In this document: positions 50,606-61,410 of the stretch, in pieces
Layout of the letters: every line of letters begins with the position of its first letter
Numbering within the stretch: the first letter of the stretch is position 1
Source of the DNA: an uncultured delta proteobacterium
Lineage (GTDB): Bacteria; Desulfobacterota; Desulfobacteria; Desulfobacterales; JAFDCJ01
Direction: 5' to 3'
DNA: 64,000 nt
Assembly (NCBI GenBank): GCA_963769935.1
Contig: CAVYNY010000035.1
Location: 32,001 to 96,000, forward strand
Position numbers and translations under genes: made by a program
The notes under the pieces: model-generated
What the model was told of the DNA's origin: nothing
Database searches by the model: none
Seen by the model: only the letters and a program-made list of their open reading frames with translations

Positions 50606-53600
50606 TGAACATCTGTGCCCCCTTCATCAAAAGGCCGGTCATGACCACCCTGGTTATGGTTTCAGCGCTGCTTTTCGGCATTATGACTTACAACCGTCTG
50701 CCGGTCAGCGACTTGCCCAACGTGGATTTTCCCACCATTCTGGTCAATGCCGCACTGCCCGGGGCCAATCCCGAAACCATCGCCACGGCGGTGGCCACGC
50801 CCCTGGAGCGTGAGTTTTCCACCATTTCCGGTCTGGATTCGATGAGTTCCACCAGCTCCCTGGGAAGCGTCCAGATCACGCTGCAGTTCGATCTGCGCCG
50901 CAATATCGACGCCGCGGCCCAGGATGTCCAGGCGGCCATATCGCGGGCAGCCAATCAATTGCCCGGATGACATGCCCAATCCGCCCTCCTATCGCAAGGT
51001 CAATCCGGCCGACCAGCCCATTTTATACCTGGCCCTGACATCGCCGACCCTGCCGCTATATACCCTCAACGAATACGGCGAGACCGTCATGGCCCAGCGA
51101 ATTTCCATGGTCAACGGCGTGGCCCAGGTTCTCGTTTACGGCTCCCAGAAATATGCCGTGCGGATCCAGTTGGATCCCAAAGCCCTGGCCTTCCGCGGCA
51201 TCGGGATCGACCAGGTGGCCGATGCGGTCCGGCGTGCCAACGTCAACCTGCCGACCGGCGCGCTTTACGGCACGAACCGGGCCTTCACCGTTCAGGCCAG
51301 CGGCCAGCTGACCAGCGCGGCCCCGTATCGCTCCATCATAATAGCCTATCGCGGCGGGAACCCGGTGCGCCTGGCAGACGTCGGAACGGCCATAGACGGT
51401 GTGGAAAGCGACAAAACCGCCGCCTGGTATGTGGACCAAAGATCCGTGATTCTGGCCATCCAACGCCAGCCCGGCACCAACACCGTGGAAGTGGCCGGTG
51501 ACGTCAAACAGCTGCTGCCGGCCTTCCAGTCTCAGCTGCCGGCCTCGGTTTCCCTGCACGTGCTCTATGACCGTTCGGAGTCCATTCGCGATTCCGTGCG
51601 CGACATCAAATTCACCCTGGTGTTTACCCTCGGCCTGGTGGTTATGGTGATCTTTCTGTTTTTGCGGAGGATTTCCGACACGATTATTCCCAGTCTGGCG
51701 ATGCCTATGTCCTTGATCGGAACGTTCATGGTCATGTATCTGCTGGGCTACAGCCTGGACAACCTCTCCCTGATGGCGCTGATTCTGGCCGTGGGCTTTG
51801 TGGTGGATGATGCCATCGTCATGCTGGAAAACACCGTGCGCCACCAGGAGATGGGCGAGGATATTATGACGGCCGCTTTAAACGGCTCCCGGGAAATCGG
51901 CTTTACCATTATTTCCATGACCGTTTCGCTGGTCGCTGTCTTTATACCGGTCCTGTTTATGGGTGGGATTCTCGGCCGGCTCTTTCGCGAGTTTGCCGTC
52001 ACGATCGGCGTCGCGGTTTTGGCCTCCGGTGTGATTTCCCTGACCCTGACCCCGATGTTGTGCAGCCGGTTTCTGAAGGCGGCGGGCAACCGGCGTCCGG
52101 GAAAATTCTACCTGGCCTCGGAGCGCATCTTCCAGGGAATGATCGGCATATACAAGCGCGGATTGACATGGTTCCTGGGGCATCGGCGCAGTACCATGGT
52201 TTTTCTGGCGGTTATCATGGCGCTGACCTTCTGGCTGTTTAAAATTGTTCCCAAGGGATTCATTCCCAGTGAAGACCGCGCCCAGATCTTTACGCTGACC
52301 GAAGCGGCCGAGGATATTTCCTGGGATTCCATGCAGCGCCATCAACAGGCGCTGGCCGAAATCGTCAGCCGGGATCCCAACGTTGAGTCCTTTATGTCGA
52401 GCGCCGGCTCCCGGGCCGGCAGCATTACCGGCAGCAACAGCGGTGTTCTTTTCATCCGGCTCAAGCCGCGCAGCGAGCGGCGTCTGAGCGTGGACCAGAT
52501 TATAGAGGAGCTGCGCCCCAAATTGGCCGCAGTGCCGGGCATCCGGGCGTTCATGCAGAATGTGCCCCTTATTCGGATCGGCGGACGGTTGACCAAAAGC
52601 CAGTACCAGTACACGCTGCAGAGCACCGATATTCAGGAGCTTTACAAATACGCGCCGTTGTTTGCAGACAAACTGCAGAGCCTGCCGGGCTTCCAGGATG
52701 TCACCACCGATCTGCAGCTGAAAAACCCGCAGGTCAATGTGGAAATCGACCGGGACAAGGCCGCGACCCTTGGAATTACGGCGCTGCAGATCGAAGATGC
52801 GCTCTATAGCGCCTATGGCTCGCGCCAGATCTCCACGATATATGCCGCCACCAATCAGTACACGGTCATCATGGAGCTCGAACCCCGGTATCAGCTGGAC
52901 CCGCGGGCGCTTTCCCTGCTTTACGTCCGTTCGGCCGGCGGCGCTTTGGTTCCACTCGACGCCGTATCTAAGATCACGACCGGCTTCGGCCCGCTGACCG
53001 TCAACCACAACGGCCAGCTGCCGGCCGTCACCGTGTCGTTTAACCTAAAGCCCGGTTACGCCCTGGGGGATGCAGTTGAAGCCATCAACCGGGCAGCGGT
53101 CGATGCACTGCCGGCCACGGTTACGGGCAGCTTTCAGGGGGCGGCCCAGGTGTTCGAATCCTCCCTGCACGACCTGGGGGTGCTGCTCATTATCGCCCTT
53201 TTGGTGATCTACATCGTTCTGGGAATTCTATACGAAAGTTTTATTCATCCGCTGACCATTCTTTCGGCACTGCCCTTCGCGGGTTTCGGCGCTCTGGTGA
53301 CGCTGCAGGCCTTCAACGCTCAGCTGGATGTTTATTCCTTCGTGGGGCTGATCATGCTGGTGGGTTTGGTGAAAAAAAACGGCATCATCATGATCGACTT
53401 TGCCCTCGAAGCCCAGCGGCAGGGCGGCAAATCGGCGCGGGATGCCATCTTTATGGCCTGCGTGGTGCGCTTCCGGCCGATCATGATGACCTCGATGGCG
53501 GCGCTCATGGGAAGTCTGCCGATTGCCGTGGGTTGGGGCGCGGGCGGCGAATCCCGCCAGCCATTAGGACTGGCGGTGGTCGGAGGTCTGCTCTTTTCCC

Positions 53601-53722
53601 AGTTTCTAACGCTTTTCGTTACCCCGGTGTTCTATCTGTACATGGACGAACTCCAGGCCAAGTTCAAAAAAAGGAAAATCGCCGCCCCGAAAGGCGAAGC
53701 TGTGCCGGCCGATCAAATTTAG
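50605..53722 (+). CDS. RND efflux transporter permease (MdtB/MdtC-like); one +1 frameshift (~50963)
   Basis: FIKRPVMTTL, LPVSDLPNVDFPTI, GFVVDDAIVMLEN, GLVKKNGI, RFRPIMMT. Confidence 0.9.
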
Positions 53723-53911
53723 ATTTCAGATAAAAAAGCTCACAGCTGATAGCTCATAGTTCTTAGTCGGGGGACAGACGACAGACGACAGATGAAAGAG
53801 ATTAGAAGCTGGGAGGCCTGGAAGCTGGGAGGCTGGGAAGCAAAACCTCGGGACTTTGTCCCTCACTACCACTCGCATGCAGCCTTTATCCTGTATCCAT
53901 TGACTTCTATT

Positions 53912-55681
53912 TTATAACCCGGCCTTTTTCAGCATGCTGATAATTTGGTCCGCGTTGCGCGGATCTTTATAGGGTTGGCCGGCGGCATACTTTGCGGCGG
54001 AGAAATCCGGCTTTACGCGGCGGATTGCGCGGCCTGCTGCTTGGGCCTGTTCAAACCGCTGCAGGGCGGCATTGGCGGCGGCTGTCACGAGAAGTGCGTC
54101 CAGATTGTTGGGATTGGAGTCGAGGCTGGTCCCGGCCACGTCGAGGGCTTCGGCATACATGCCGCAGCCGTAGCAGGCGTTGGCAAGGATTGTGGCATAA
54201 AAGGCAGGATAAACCGGGCAAAGACGAATGGCATACCGGGCCAGCTCGACGGCTTCGGCGGAACGCCCCGTGTAGTTGAGAATGTTGGCTTTGACCGCAT
54301 AGGATGCATGGCAGTTGGGACGTACCTTTAGGGCCTCTTCGGAAGCGGCCTGGGACTGGTCGTGCTCCCGGTTGAGCAGATGAATCTGGGCGATGACCAG
54401 ATCCGGCATTCCCGTGGTATCTTTTAAGCGTTTGGAGTGGCAGGCCAGCGCCTTGGCCTGGTTCAGCGCCTGGGCGACATCTTCACTGACGTTTTGCGTC
54501 ACCGCCCACCACCAGGACCAGGCTGCCAAAGCATAGCCGAGCGGAGATTCAGGCTCCAAACGAATCGTTTCGCCGGACAGCTGCCGGGCGAGATAAATAT
54601 CCGTGCGGGAGGAGCGAAACAGAGCGCCCCAGCCGCGATAGTAGCTCTCGATCGCAGCGGGATTTTTGAAGGACTGCCTCACCAGGCGTGCCGCTTCGCC
54701 TAAAACCAGTTGAACGTCCATGGCGGTTATGATTTCCCGGGTGATTTCATCCTGAATGGTGAAGACGTCGTCCAGTCGACGATCAAACCGTTCGGCCCAT
54801 ATTTGCCGCCCGTGCCTGCTTTCCATCAATCTGGCGGTTACGCGCACGCGATCTTTGTCCCGGCGCACACCTCCATCCAGCACGTGACTGACCCCGAGCC
54901 GTTTTCCCAGCGCAGGGATCGAAAGCAGCGGCCGATCGTAATTTCCCAACGATACCCAGCTTACCAGAATGAGTTCCGGTATCTGGACCATACCGGCCAT
55001 AACGTCCAGGGTTAAACCGTCGCTGAAGTGGTCCTGTTCCAGATCGGCACCCAGGTTTACAAACGGCAGGATCGTTAAAGACGGCTTGGCCGGCATCGGC
55101 AGCGAGACCCATCTAGTGGGGTGCGTCTCGGCGGCCTGGGCCGCGGGTTTGGTATCCGCCATAACGATTCTGTAGGCCCTCACCGGTTCGGCAATGTTTT
55201 TAAGGTTCTGATCTCCCAGATCGACGAACTGAATGCTGGATGTGTTCCGGATCTGCTTGTACACCAGATCCGAAATGCAAATCCCGCCCGGTTGAGCAAG
55301 CGCCTCCAGGCGAGCGGAAATGTTGACGCTCTCTCCGAATAGCTGCCGGCCGTCGAACATGACATCGCCCAGATGGATCCCAATGCGAAATTGGATTCGG
55401 CGATGAACGGCGAGATTTCTGTTAAGCTCTGCCAGGCTGCGGTGAATTGCGACCGAACAGTCTACGGCATCCCGTGCGCTGGGAAACTCCGCCAGCATGT
55501 TGTCGCCGACAAAGTCGGACACGCGTCCGCCGAACTTTTTAACTGCCGCCGCGACTCGTTCGCGGCACGCTTTCAAGCTTCGGATGGTGGCGATTTGGTC
55601 GTCGGCCATCAGGCGGCTGTAGTCCACCATATCGGCGCTGATCAGGGCGGACAGGCGACGTTGTAGTCGGTCTTCAGTCAT
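53912..55681 (-). CDS. Class III nucleotidyl cyclase with TolB-like and TPR domains
   Basis: SADMVDYS, VGDNML, RIGIHLGDV, GESVNISARLE; KPSLTILPFVN...QIWAERFDR; TPR-like helical tail. Confidence 0.88.
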   Translation of the reverse strand: MTEDRLQRRLSALISADMVDYSRLMADDQIATIRSLKACRERVAAAVKKFGGRVSDFVGDNMLAEFPSARDAVDCSVAIHRSLAELNRNLAVHRRIQFRIGIHLGDVMFDGRQLFGESVNISARLEALAQPGGICISDLVYKQIRNTSSIQFVDLGDQNLKNIAEPVRAYRIVMADTKPAAQAAETHPTRWVSLPMPAKPSLTILPFVNLGADLEQDHFSDGLTLDVMAGMVQIPELILVSWVSLGNYDRPLLSIPALGKRLGVSHVLDGGVRRDKDRVRVTARLMESRHGRQIWAERFDRRLDDVFTIQDEITREIITAMDVQLVLGEAARLVRQSFKNPAAIESYYRGWGALFRSSRTDIYLARQLSGETIRLEPESPLGYALAAWSWWWAVTQNVSEDVAQALNQAKALACHSKRLKDTTGMPDLVIAQIHLLNREHDQSQAASEEALKVRPNCHASYAVKANILNYTGRSAEAVELARYAIRLCPVYPAFYATILANACYGCGMYAEALDVAGTSLDSNPNNLDALLVTAAANAALQRFEQAQAAGRAIRRVKPDFSAAKYAAGQPYKDPRNADQIISMLKKAGL

Positions 55682-55839
55682 TGGCGAGCTCACTAGTTGA
55701 ACATGACATCGAAGACGCGGTCCTCTGGGATAGATCTTAAATAATAGGCTTTGCCGCGGTTTAATGCCATGGGTTATTGGAATAATGGAATTTGGAATAA
55801 TGGATTTGCGGAATGAGATCTGGTTTCATACGGATGGCG

Positions 55840-56022
55840 CTAATTAGTGGTTGAACGAAAACTCGTCCATAGAGCTGTTTTGGGTTTCGCCCTTAGCAAT
55901 CCATATTGTCATAAGAGCTTGATTTTCGTAGGTTGGGTTGATCCGCCTAGGCGGACAACGTTACCGGTCAGGCTCAACCCAACCTACCCTAAATCAGGAC
56001 TTTTCATCCAAGCACTAATTAG
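55840..56022. mobile_element. MITE-like element with 25-bp terminal inverted repeats
   Basis: Left end CTAATTAGTGGTTGAACGAAAACTC versus the reverse complement of the right end CTAATTAGTGCTTGGATGAAAAGTC (21/25). Confidence 0.75.
55928..55987. repeat. GTAG-type REP-like inverted pair enclosing the palindrome TCCGCCTAGGCGGA
   Basis: GTAGGTTGGGTTGA (55928-55941) and TCAACCCAACCTAC (55974-55987) form a perfect 14-bp IR; the palindrome is at 55942-55955. Confidence 0.8.
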
Positions 56023-56150
56023 TAAATAAAACCAGACCATCATCCGCTTTTGTTTCCCATTATTCCACTATTCCGTGGGTTACTTGAAAAACAGACAACA
56101 CCGATCTCGGGTGAATTCAAAGCCCGGCCCTTGGGGTTACCCTTCTCTAC

Positions 56151-56648
56151 TCACCCCGAAATCCATCTGAAAATCAAGGGTGCCGTCAGAACAACGAAGA
56201 TTACGCGGAAAAAATGAAAACAGACCACCAGCATGGGCTGGGCCGGACTGTCGAGAGCCAGCACGACCAGCGCGCTCATGGCACCCGGGCTGGTGCCCAG
56301 ATAAGCCGTACCGATGTCCAGCAGTCCAAGTTTGGCAAAAATGACCGCCAGGAGTGCTCCGGTAACAACCAGCACGATGCAGGAAATCACCACCGGCAGA
56401 GCGATTTTTTTCATTGCCTGCATCAACTCAGGCTGAAAAGAAGCGCCCACCATAATTCCCAGAAAAATCTGCAGCACGAAGGTAAAGCTTTTAGGGGTTT
56501 CCCAATGCAGTTTCGTAAACATTTTGAATAAAATGATGGCCAGCATTGCGCCGATCAAGGCACCGGCAGGTATTTTCAGTTTGGCGCCGATCAACCCCCC
56601 GATCAATCCGAGGGCCAGATAGGACAGCAAACCCAGACTAGGGCTCAT
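56151..56648 (-). CDS. AbrB-family membrane protein (single repeat)
   Basis: KIPAGALIGAM, QIFLGIMVG, AYLGTSPGAMS, HFFRV. Confidence 0.82.
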   Translation of the reverse strand: MSPSLGLLSYLALGLIGGLIGAKLKIPAGALIGAMLAIILFKMFTKLHWETPKSFTFVLQIFLGIMVGASFQPELMQAMKKIALPVVISCIVLVVTGALLAVIFAKLGLLDIGTAYLGTSPGAMSALVVLALDSPAQPMLVVCFHFFRVIFVVLTAPLIFRWISG

Positions 56649-57059
56649 AATAGTTTTCCTTTCCGCAAGTTTTCCGCATGTTGTCAGATGATCGTCAATT
56701 CCACTTTCCCCAGGCCGGGTACTTCCGACACGTCACGCGGGCTGCCGGTGGGGAAAAGTCTGCCGCAAAGGGAGCCGCAGCGTATCGCCTCTGTGATTCT
56801 TAACAAGTATTGTAACCACGAATTCGGCTATGAAAAGTCCGCAACACACACCGTCCAATCGATATCGGCCGATTGACCGGTTGCGACCGTCGAACAGAAA
56901 TAATTAAAAATTTGGCCCAATTTATGATATAAACCCCAAACCTCAAACCGGCTATATCATATAAAATTCAAAAATATTGACAGGGAGTTGGGATTGCTTT
57001 ACTAGGGCGGAGTAATCAGGTGCTCAGACCTTGTTTGTATCAGCGAGTTATTAGAAACT

Positions 57060-57403
57060 AAATTCCAAATTCCAAGCACCAAAAAACAAATAAATCCCAA
57101 ATCACAATACTCAATGACCGAAACAGCTCAAACCAAGAAAACGCAGCTGTCTGATCTTTTTGGGGTTTAATACTTTCATGCTTTCGTGATAAAGCATCGC
57201 TTATATCTAAAGCGATCACCAAAACAGACTGAGTCCCGTTTGGATTTTTGTATTTTGGTTATTGTAATTTGTTTGGGCCCGCCCTGGTGTGACTTGCTTG
57301 GTTTATACCTTTATCCTTTTCCGGCCTGGGCATGGACACAATAAATTCTTCAGGCGTTAAATCGGTCTGGGCCAGGGATTTGTGATTTGGTATTTGTGAT
57401 TTT
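57060..57403. repeat. AT-rich inverted-repeat element upstream of acnA; its right arm is interrupted by the 102-bp element
   Basis: Left arm 57060-57124; right arm from ~57238; same family as 28090-28154 and 45869-46034. Confidence 0.7.
57276..57377. mobile_element. 102-bp element GGCCCGCCCTGGTG...CGGTCTGGGCCAGGG (copy 2)
   Basis: 18 of the first 20 and all of the last 15 bases are identical to copy 1. Confidence 0.7.
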
Positions 57404-57472
57404 TAACTACGCCATCCCGGATAAAACGGTGCCCGAGCACCATCGCAATGTACTCATCTCCAGGAGGATATC

Positions 57473-60217
57473 ATGAAAAAAGACGACTACATCCGCCGGC
57501 TGAAAGTCGGCCGGAAGCAATTCGATACATTTAACATCCTGCAACTCGAGACTGCGGGCGTGGCCGATATCCGGCGACTTCCTTTTTCGATCCGCATCCT
57601 GGTGGAAAATCTTTTGCGCAAAATGGACGGCCGGATCGTCAAAGCGGAAGACCTGGAAAACATCGCCCGCTGGCAGAAGACCTACGATGATCCGGTGGAA
57701 ATCCCCTACCATCCGGCCCGGGTCCTGATGCAGGATTTCACCGGCGTGCCGGCCGTCGTCGACCTGGCAGCCATGCGCGACGCCATGCAAAAAATGGGGG
57801 GCAATCCCGAGAAAGTCAATCCGCTGGTACCGGTGGATCTCATCGTGGACCATTCCGTGCAGGTGGACTGCTACGGGACTGAAACGGCCGTCGTACAGAA
57901 CGTCAAAAAGGAGTACGAAAGAAACGGCGAGCGGTATGCGCTGCTCAAGTGGGCCCAACAGAGCTTCAACAACTTCAAAGTGGTGCCGCCCCGGTCGGGC
58001 ATCTGCCACCAGGTGAACCTCGAGTATCTGGGCCGCGTCGTGATCACCGACGAAATGGACGGCCGCCGGATCGCCTACCCGGATACGCTGGTGGGATTGG
58101 ATTCGCATACGACCATGATCGACGCCATCGGTGTCATGGGATGGGGTGTCGGGGGGATCGAGGCCGAAGCCGTCATGCTGGGGCAACCCTATTATATGTC
58201 CATTCCCCAGGTGATCGGCGTTAAATTCACCGGCCGGCTCCAACCCGGCGTCACCGCCACCGACCTGGTGCTGACGGTGACCGAAATGCTCAGAAACTAC
58301 GGGGTTGTGGAGAAGTTCGTGGAATTCTTCGGACCGGGTCTCAAATCCCTGACGGTTCCCGACCGGGCCACCATCTCCAACATGTCACCCGAGTACGGGG
58401 CGACCATGGGATTTTTTCCGGTGGATGAAAAAACCATCGAATATCTAACGATGACCAACCGCGAGGAGCAGGCCGCCTTAGTGTCGTCCTACACCCAGGA
58501 AAACGGCCTCTTTTTAACCGGGTCGGAGCAGCCGGAGTACACCGACGTGCTGGAATTCAATCTATCCGATGTCCAACCGTGTGTGGCCGGTCCGGCCAGG
58601 CCCCAGGATCGCATCGTCCTGACGGATTTGAAAAAGAAGTTTGCCGACATCCTGGGCTGCGCGTACCAGCGCGACGCGGAATTAAAGCGCATCTCGCAGT
58701 TCCATGAAGAATCCGGCACCCAGACCAGACGATCCCAAAAATGTATGCCGTTGACCGAATACAGCTGCGATATCGAATTCAACGGTATGCCGGTCCGGAT
58801 CGGAAACGGCAGCGTCGTGATTGCCGCCATCACCTCCTGCACCAACACGTCCAACCCGTTTGTCCTGCTCGGGGCGGGACTGCTGGCCCGCAATGCCGTT
58901 CGGCGCGGCCTGAAAGTACCTCCCTTTGTGAAGACATCACTGGCCCCCGGCTCCAAAGTCGTGATCCGGTATCTGGAAGACGCCGGGTTGATGCCTTATC
59001 TGGAAGCGCTCGGGTTCCACCTGGCCGGATTCGGCTGCACCACCTGCATCGGAAACAGCGGGCCGCTGCACCCGGCGATCGAAAAAGCCATCGTCGACAA
59101 CGATCTGAATGTGGCGGCGGTGCTCTCGGGAAACCGCAACTTCGAGGCCCGGATTCACCAGCGCGTCAAGTCCAACTTCCTGGCCTCTCCCATGCTGGTG
59201 GTGGCCTTTGCCCTGGCCGGGCACATCGATGTGGATCTGACCTATGAACCTGTGGGGCTTGACCCGAACGGGGAGCCGGTTTATCTGGAAAACATCTGGC
59301 CGAAAAATGAAGAGATCGCGGAGTTGATTCCGGCTCATGTGAAGCAGGCGTTCTTCGAGCTGGAATACGGGCGCATCTTCGACGGCGACGAGTTCTGGCG
59401 GGGCTTGCCGGATGTGGCCAGCATCACCTATGCCTGGGACGAAAAGTCCACCTATATCAAAAACCCGCCGTATTTCGAAAAATTCAGCCTGAAGCCCGAT
59501 CCGGTCCGCAATATCGAAAAGGCGCGGGTGCTGGCAGTCGTCGGGGACACCATTACAACGGATCACATCTCACCGGCCGGTGCTATTCCCAAAAATTACC
59601 CCGCCGGAAAGTATCTGATTGCCAAAGGCGTCGAGCCGGCGGATTTCAACTCCTACGGCTCGCGACGCGGAAATCATGAAGTGATGATGCGCGGAACCTT
59701 CGGCAACATCCGGCTGAAAAACCAGCTTGTCCGGGGCAAGGAAGGCAGTTACACCCTGAAGTTTCCTGAAAATGAGGAGCGCTATATCTATGAGGCCGCC
59801 ATGGCCTACCAGGATGCCGGTACACCGCTGGTGGTGCTCGCCGGTAAGGAATACGGTACCGGCTCCTCGCGCGACTGGGCGGCCAAGGGGTCCACCCTGC
59901 TGGGCGTCAAGGCGGTGATCGCCCGGTCTTTCGAACGGATTCACCGCAGCAACCTGGTGGGGATGGGGGTGCTGCCGCTGGTTTTCAAAGGCGATGACAG
60001 CGTGGCAAGTCTCGGACTTGACGGTACGGAAACCTATTCCGTCAGCGGTATCGAAGACATCACCCCCCGCAAGGAGCTTCAGGTAAAAGCCGTTAAGGCG
60101 GACGGCCGCGAGGTTGAATTCACGGTCGGCACCCGGCTGGATTCGGAGATCGAAGTCGACTACTTTAAACACGGCGGCATTCTGCCGTACGTGCTGAGGA
60201 AAATGATGCAAGCATAA
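57473..60217 (+). CDS. acnA: Aconitate hydratase A
   Basis: RVLMQDFTGVP, DHSVQVD, GICHQVNLE, AAITSCTNTSNP, GFGCTTCIGNSG, TTDHISPAG, YGTGSSRDWAAKG. Confidence 0.97.
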   Translation: MKKDDYIRRLKVGRKQFDTFNILQLETAGVADIRRLPFSIRILVENLLRKMDGRIVKAEDLENIARWQKTYDDPVEIPYHPARVLMQDFTGVPAVVDLAAMRDAMQKMGGNPEKVNPLVPVDLIVDHSVQVDCYGTETAVVQNVKKEYERNGERYALLKWAQQSFNNFKVVPPRSGICHQVNLEYLGRVVITDEMDGRRIAYPDTLVGLDSHTTMIDAIGVMGWGVGGIEAEAVMLGQPYYMSIPQVIGVKFTGRLQPGVTATDLVLTVTEMLRNYGVVEKFVEFFGPGLKSLTVPDRATISNMSPEYGATMGFFPVDEKTIEYLTMTNREEQAALVSSYTQENGLFLTGSEQPEYTDVLEFNLSDVQPCVAGPARPQDRIVLTDLKKKFADILGCAYQRDAELKRISQFHEESGTQTRRSQKCMPLTEYSCDIEFNGMPVRIGNGSVVIAAITSCTNTSNPFVLLGAGLLARNAVRRGLKVPPFVKTSLAPGSKVVIRYLEDAGLMPYLEALGFHLAGFGCTTCIGNSGPLHPAIEKAIVDNDLNVAAVLSGNRNFEARIHQRVKSNFLASPMLVVAFALAGHIDVDLTYEPVGLDPNGEPVYLENIWPKNEEIAELIPAHVKQAFFELEYGRIFDGDEFWRGLPDVASITYAWDEKSTYIKNPPYFEKFSLKPDPVRNIEKARVLAVVGDTITTDHISPAGAIPKNYPAGKYLIAKGVEPADFNSYGSRRGNHEVMMRGTFGNIRLKNQLVRGKEGSYTLKFPENEERYIYEAAMAYQDAGTPLVVLAGKEYGTGSSRDWAAKGSTLLGVKAVIARSFERIHRSNLVGMGVLPLVFKGDDSVASLGLDGTETYSVSGIEDITPRKELQVKAVKADGREVEFTVGTRLDSEIEVDYFKHGGILPYVLRKMMQA

Positions 60218-60239
60218 AAATCGTTTCACGATTTTTATG
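60213..60239. terminator. Likely bidirectional terminator between the convergent acnA and PilZ genes
   Basis: Perfect IR CATAAAAATCGT-TTC-ACGATTTTTATG, with T-tracts on both strands. Confidence 0.6.
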
Positions 60240-60255
60240 AAGACAAAAACCACCG

Positions 60256-60639
60256 CTATATGGCCGGCTCGAAATAATGGACGCCGATGCCATAACGTTC
60301 CGTTTTGTCGTTGATTTTTTCACAGCGCTTGACCTGGGCCGTGACAAGCGACTTGAGTTCACGGCAGGGTTCCGGCATCAGCCGGGCAACTCCGCAGTAA
60401 AAGGGGAGGGGTCCTTTTGCGAAACTGCCGGCAGGCGGATCGCCGGCAGCATCGCAGCCTAACGGTCTGACGACAATCGTCGTGCCCGGCGCCAGGGGGG
60501 TATCCGACTCAAAATACATCCCGTACCGGCTGTAGTTGCGAGCCACTGCAGCATGGCGCTCCGCTTTGTTTAGAAAAGAGTAGAAAATCCCCGTATCTTC
60601 ATCACACCTTGGATGTTTTCTGCGTTCTTGTATTTCCAT
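60256..60639 (-). CDS. PilZ-domain (c-di-GMP receptor) protein
   Basis: ERRKHPR (RxxxR), NYSRYG (D/NxSxxG) and YGIGVHY. Confidence 0.82.
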   Translation of the reverse strand: MEIQERRKHPRCDEDTGIFYSFLNKAERHAAVARNYSRYGMYFESDTPLAPGTTIVVRPLGCDAAGDPPAGSFAKGPLPFYCGVARLMPEPCRELKSLVTAQVKRCEKINDKTERYGIGVHYFEPAI

Positions 60640-61410
60640 TGATATTTATATTTTTCAGCGAATCGGCACGTCTCGTCATCGCTTTCACCTGAGTTGCCGC
60701 ACCTTGTTGATATTTAATTAAATTTTTGACCGGAATCCAAAACTGCAAATTTAGAAATGTGAAATGAATCGGGATTGTCCTTCCGAATTCAAATCTAAAG
60801 TCCCAAGTATCTTACCTAATACCACTTTGTAATATGTCAAGGATGAAAATGGGAAATCCATAAGTGCGAGCCGCTTGCCCACAGCGAATATATGACCGGT
60901 GCGCCATGCTCAAACCGGTCTGAAATTGCAATACCGGTGTAAATAAATAATCTTGACAACAAAACCGGCTTTGGTTATCCAGTATTGTCTGCGCGAATGG
61001 AATCTTCAAGGCGCAGGGTTGCAGCTGAAACCGATACACCATTTACCTTTTTCGATTTATCAGCTTTGAAAAGGCAGCTTCTTATCCGTCCAGAAATGTT
61101 TACTCAGTCGTATTCAACCCTTTTGCATATCGACGATGGTCGCAAACGCACTCAATGCGTAGCGGTATGCCCGCCGGGCAGGTTTTGCAGCGCCCTCGGC
61201 TTCACGGAATGGATAGTGAGGCGGCGGGAAATTTAAACCATCCCAAAAAAAGGAGGAAAGCGGTTCTGCGCTAATAGAAAATGCGCGGGAGGTGTCGGCA
61301 GTCTTGAATTACGTCACTTTCATCAACACGATTGCCTAATGACAAAGACATGGGGAGGTATAGTCAAAACCGGTTCAGCTAGTTTCTAATGCAAAGAAAG
61401 GAGAATCAGC

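Larger units (their letters stand above)
55747..56140. mobile_element. Non-autonomous repeat element (copy B), interrupted by a MITE
   Basis: Collinear with copy A (46926-47293) once 55840-56022 is removed. Confidence 0.65.

Noticed and set aside
56151..56648. Ammonia monooxygenase or AbrB transition-state regulator
   Set aside because: It is the hydrophobic membrane AbrB family, which is often mislabelled. It has no amoCAB context and no DNA-binding fold.
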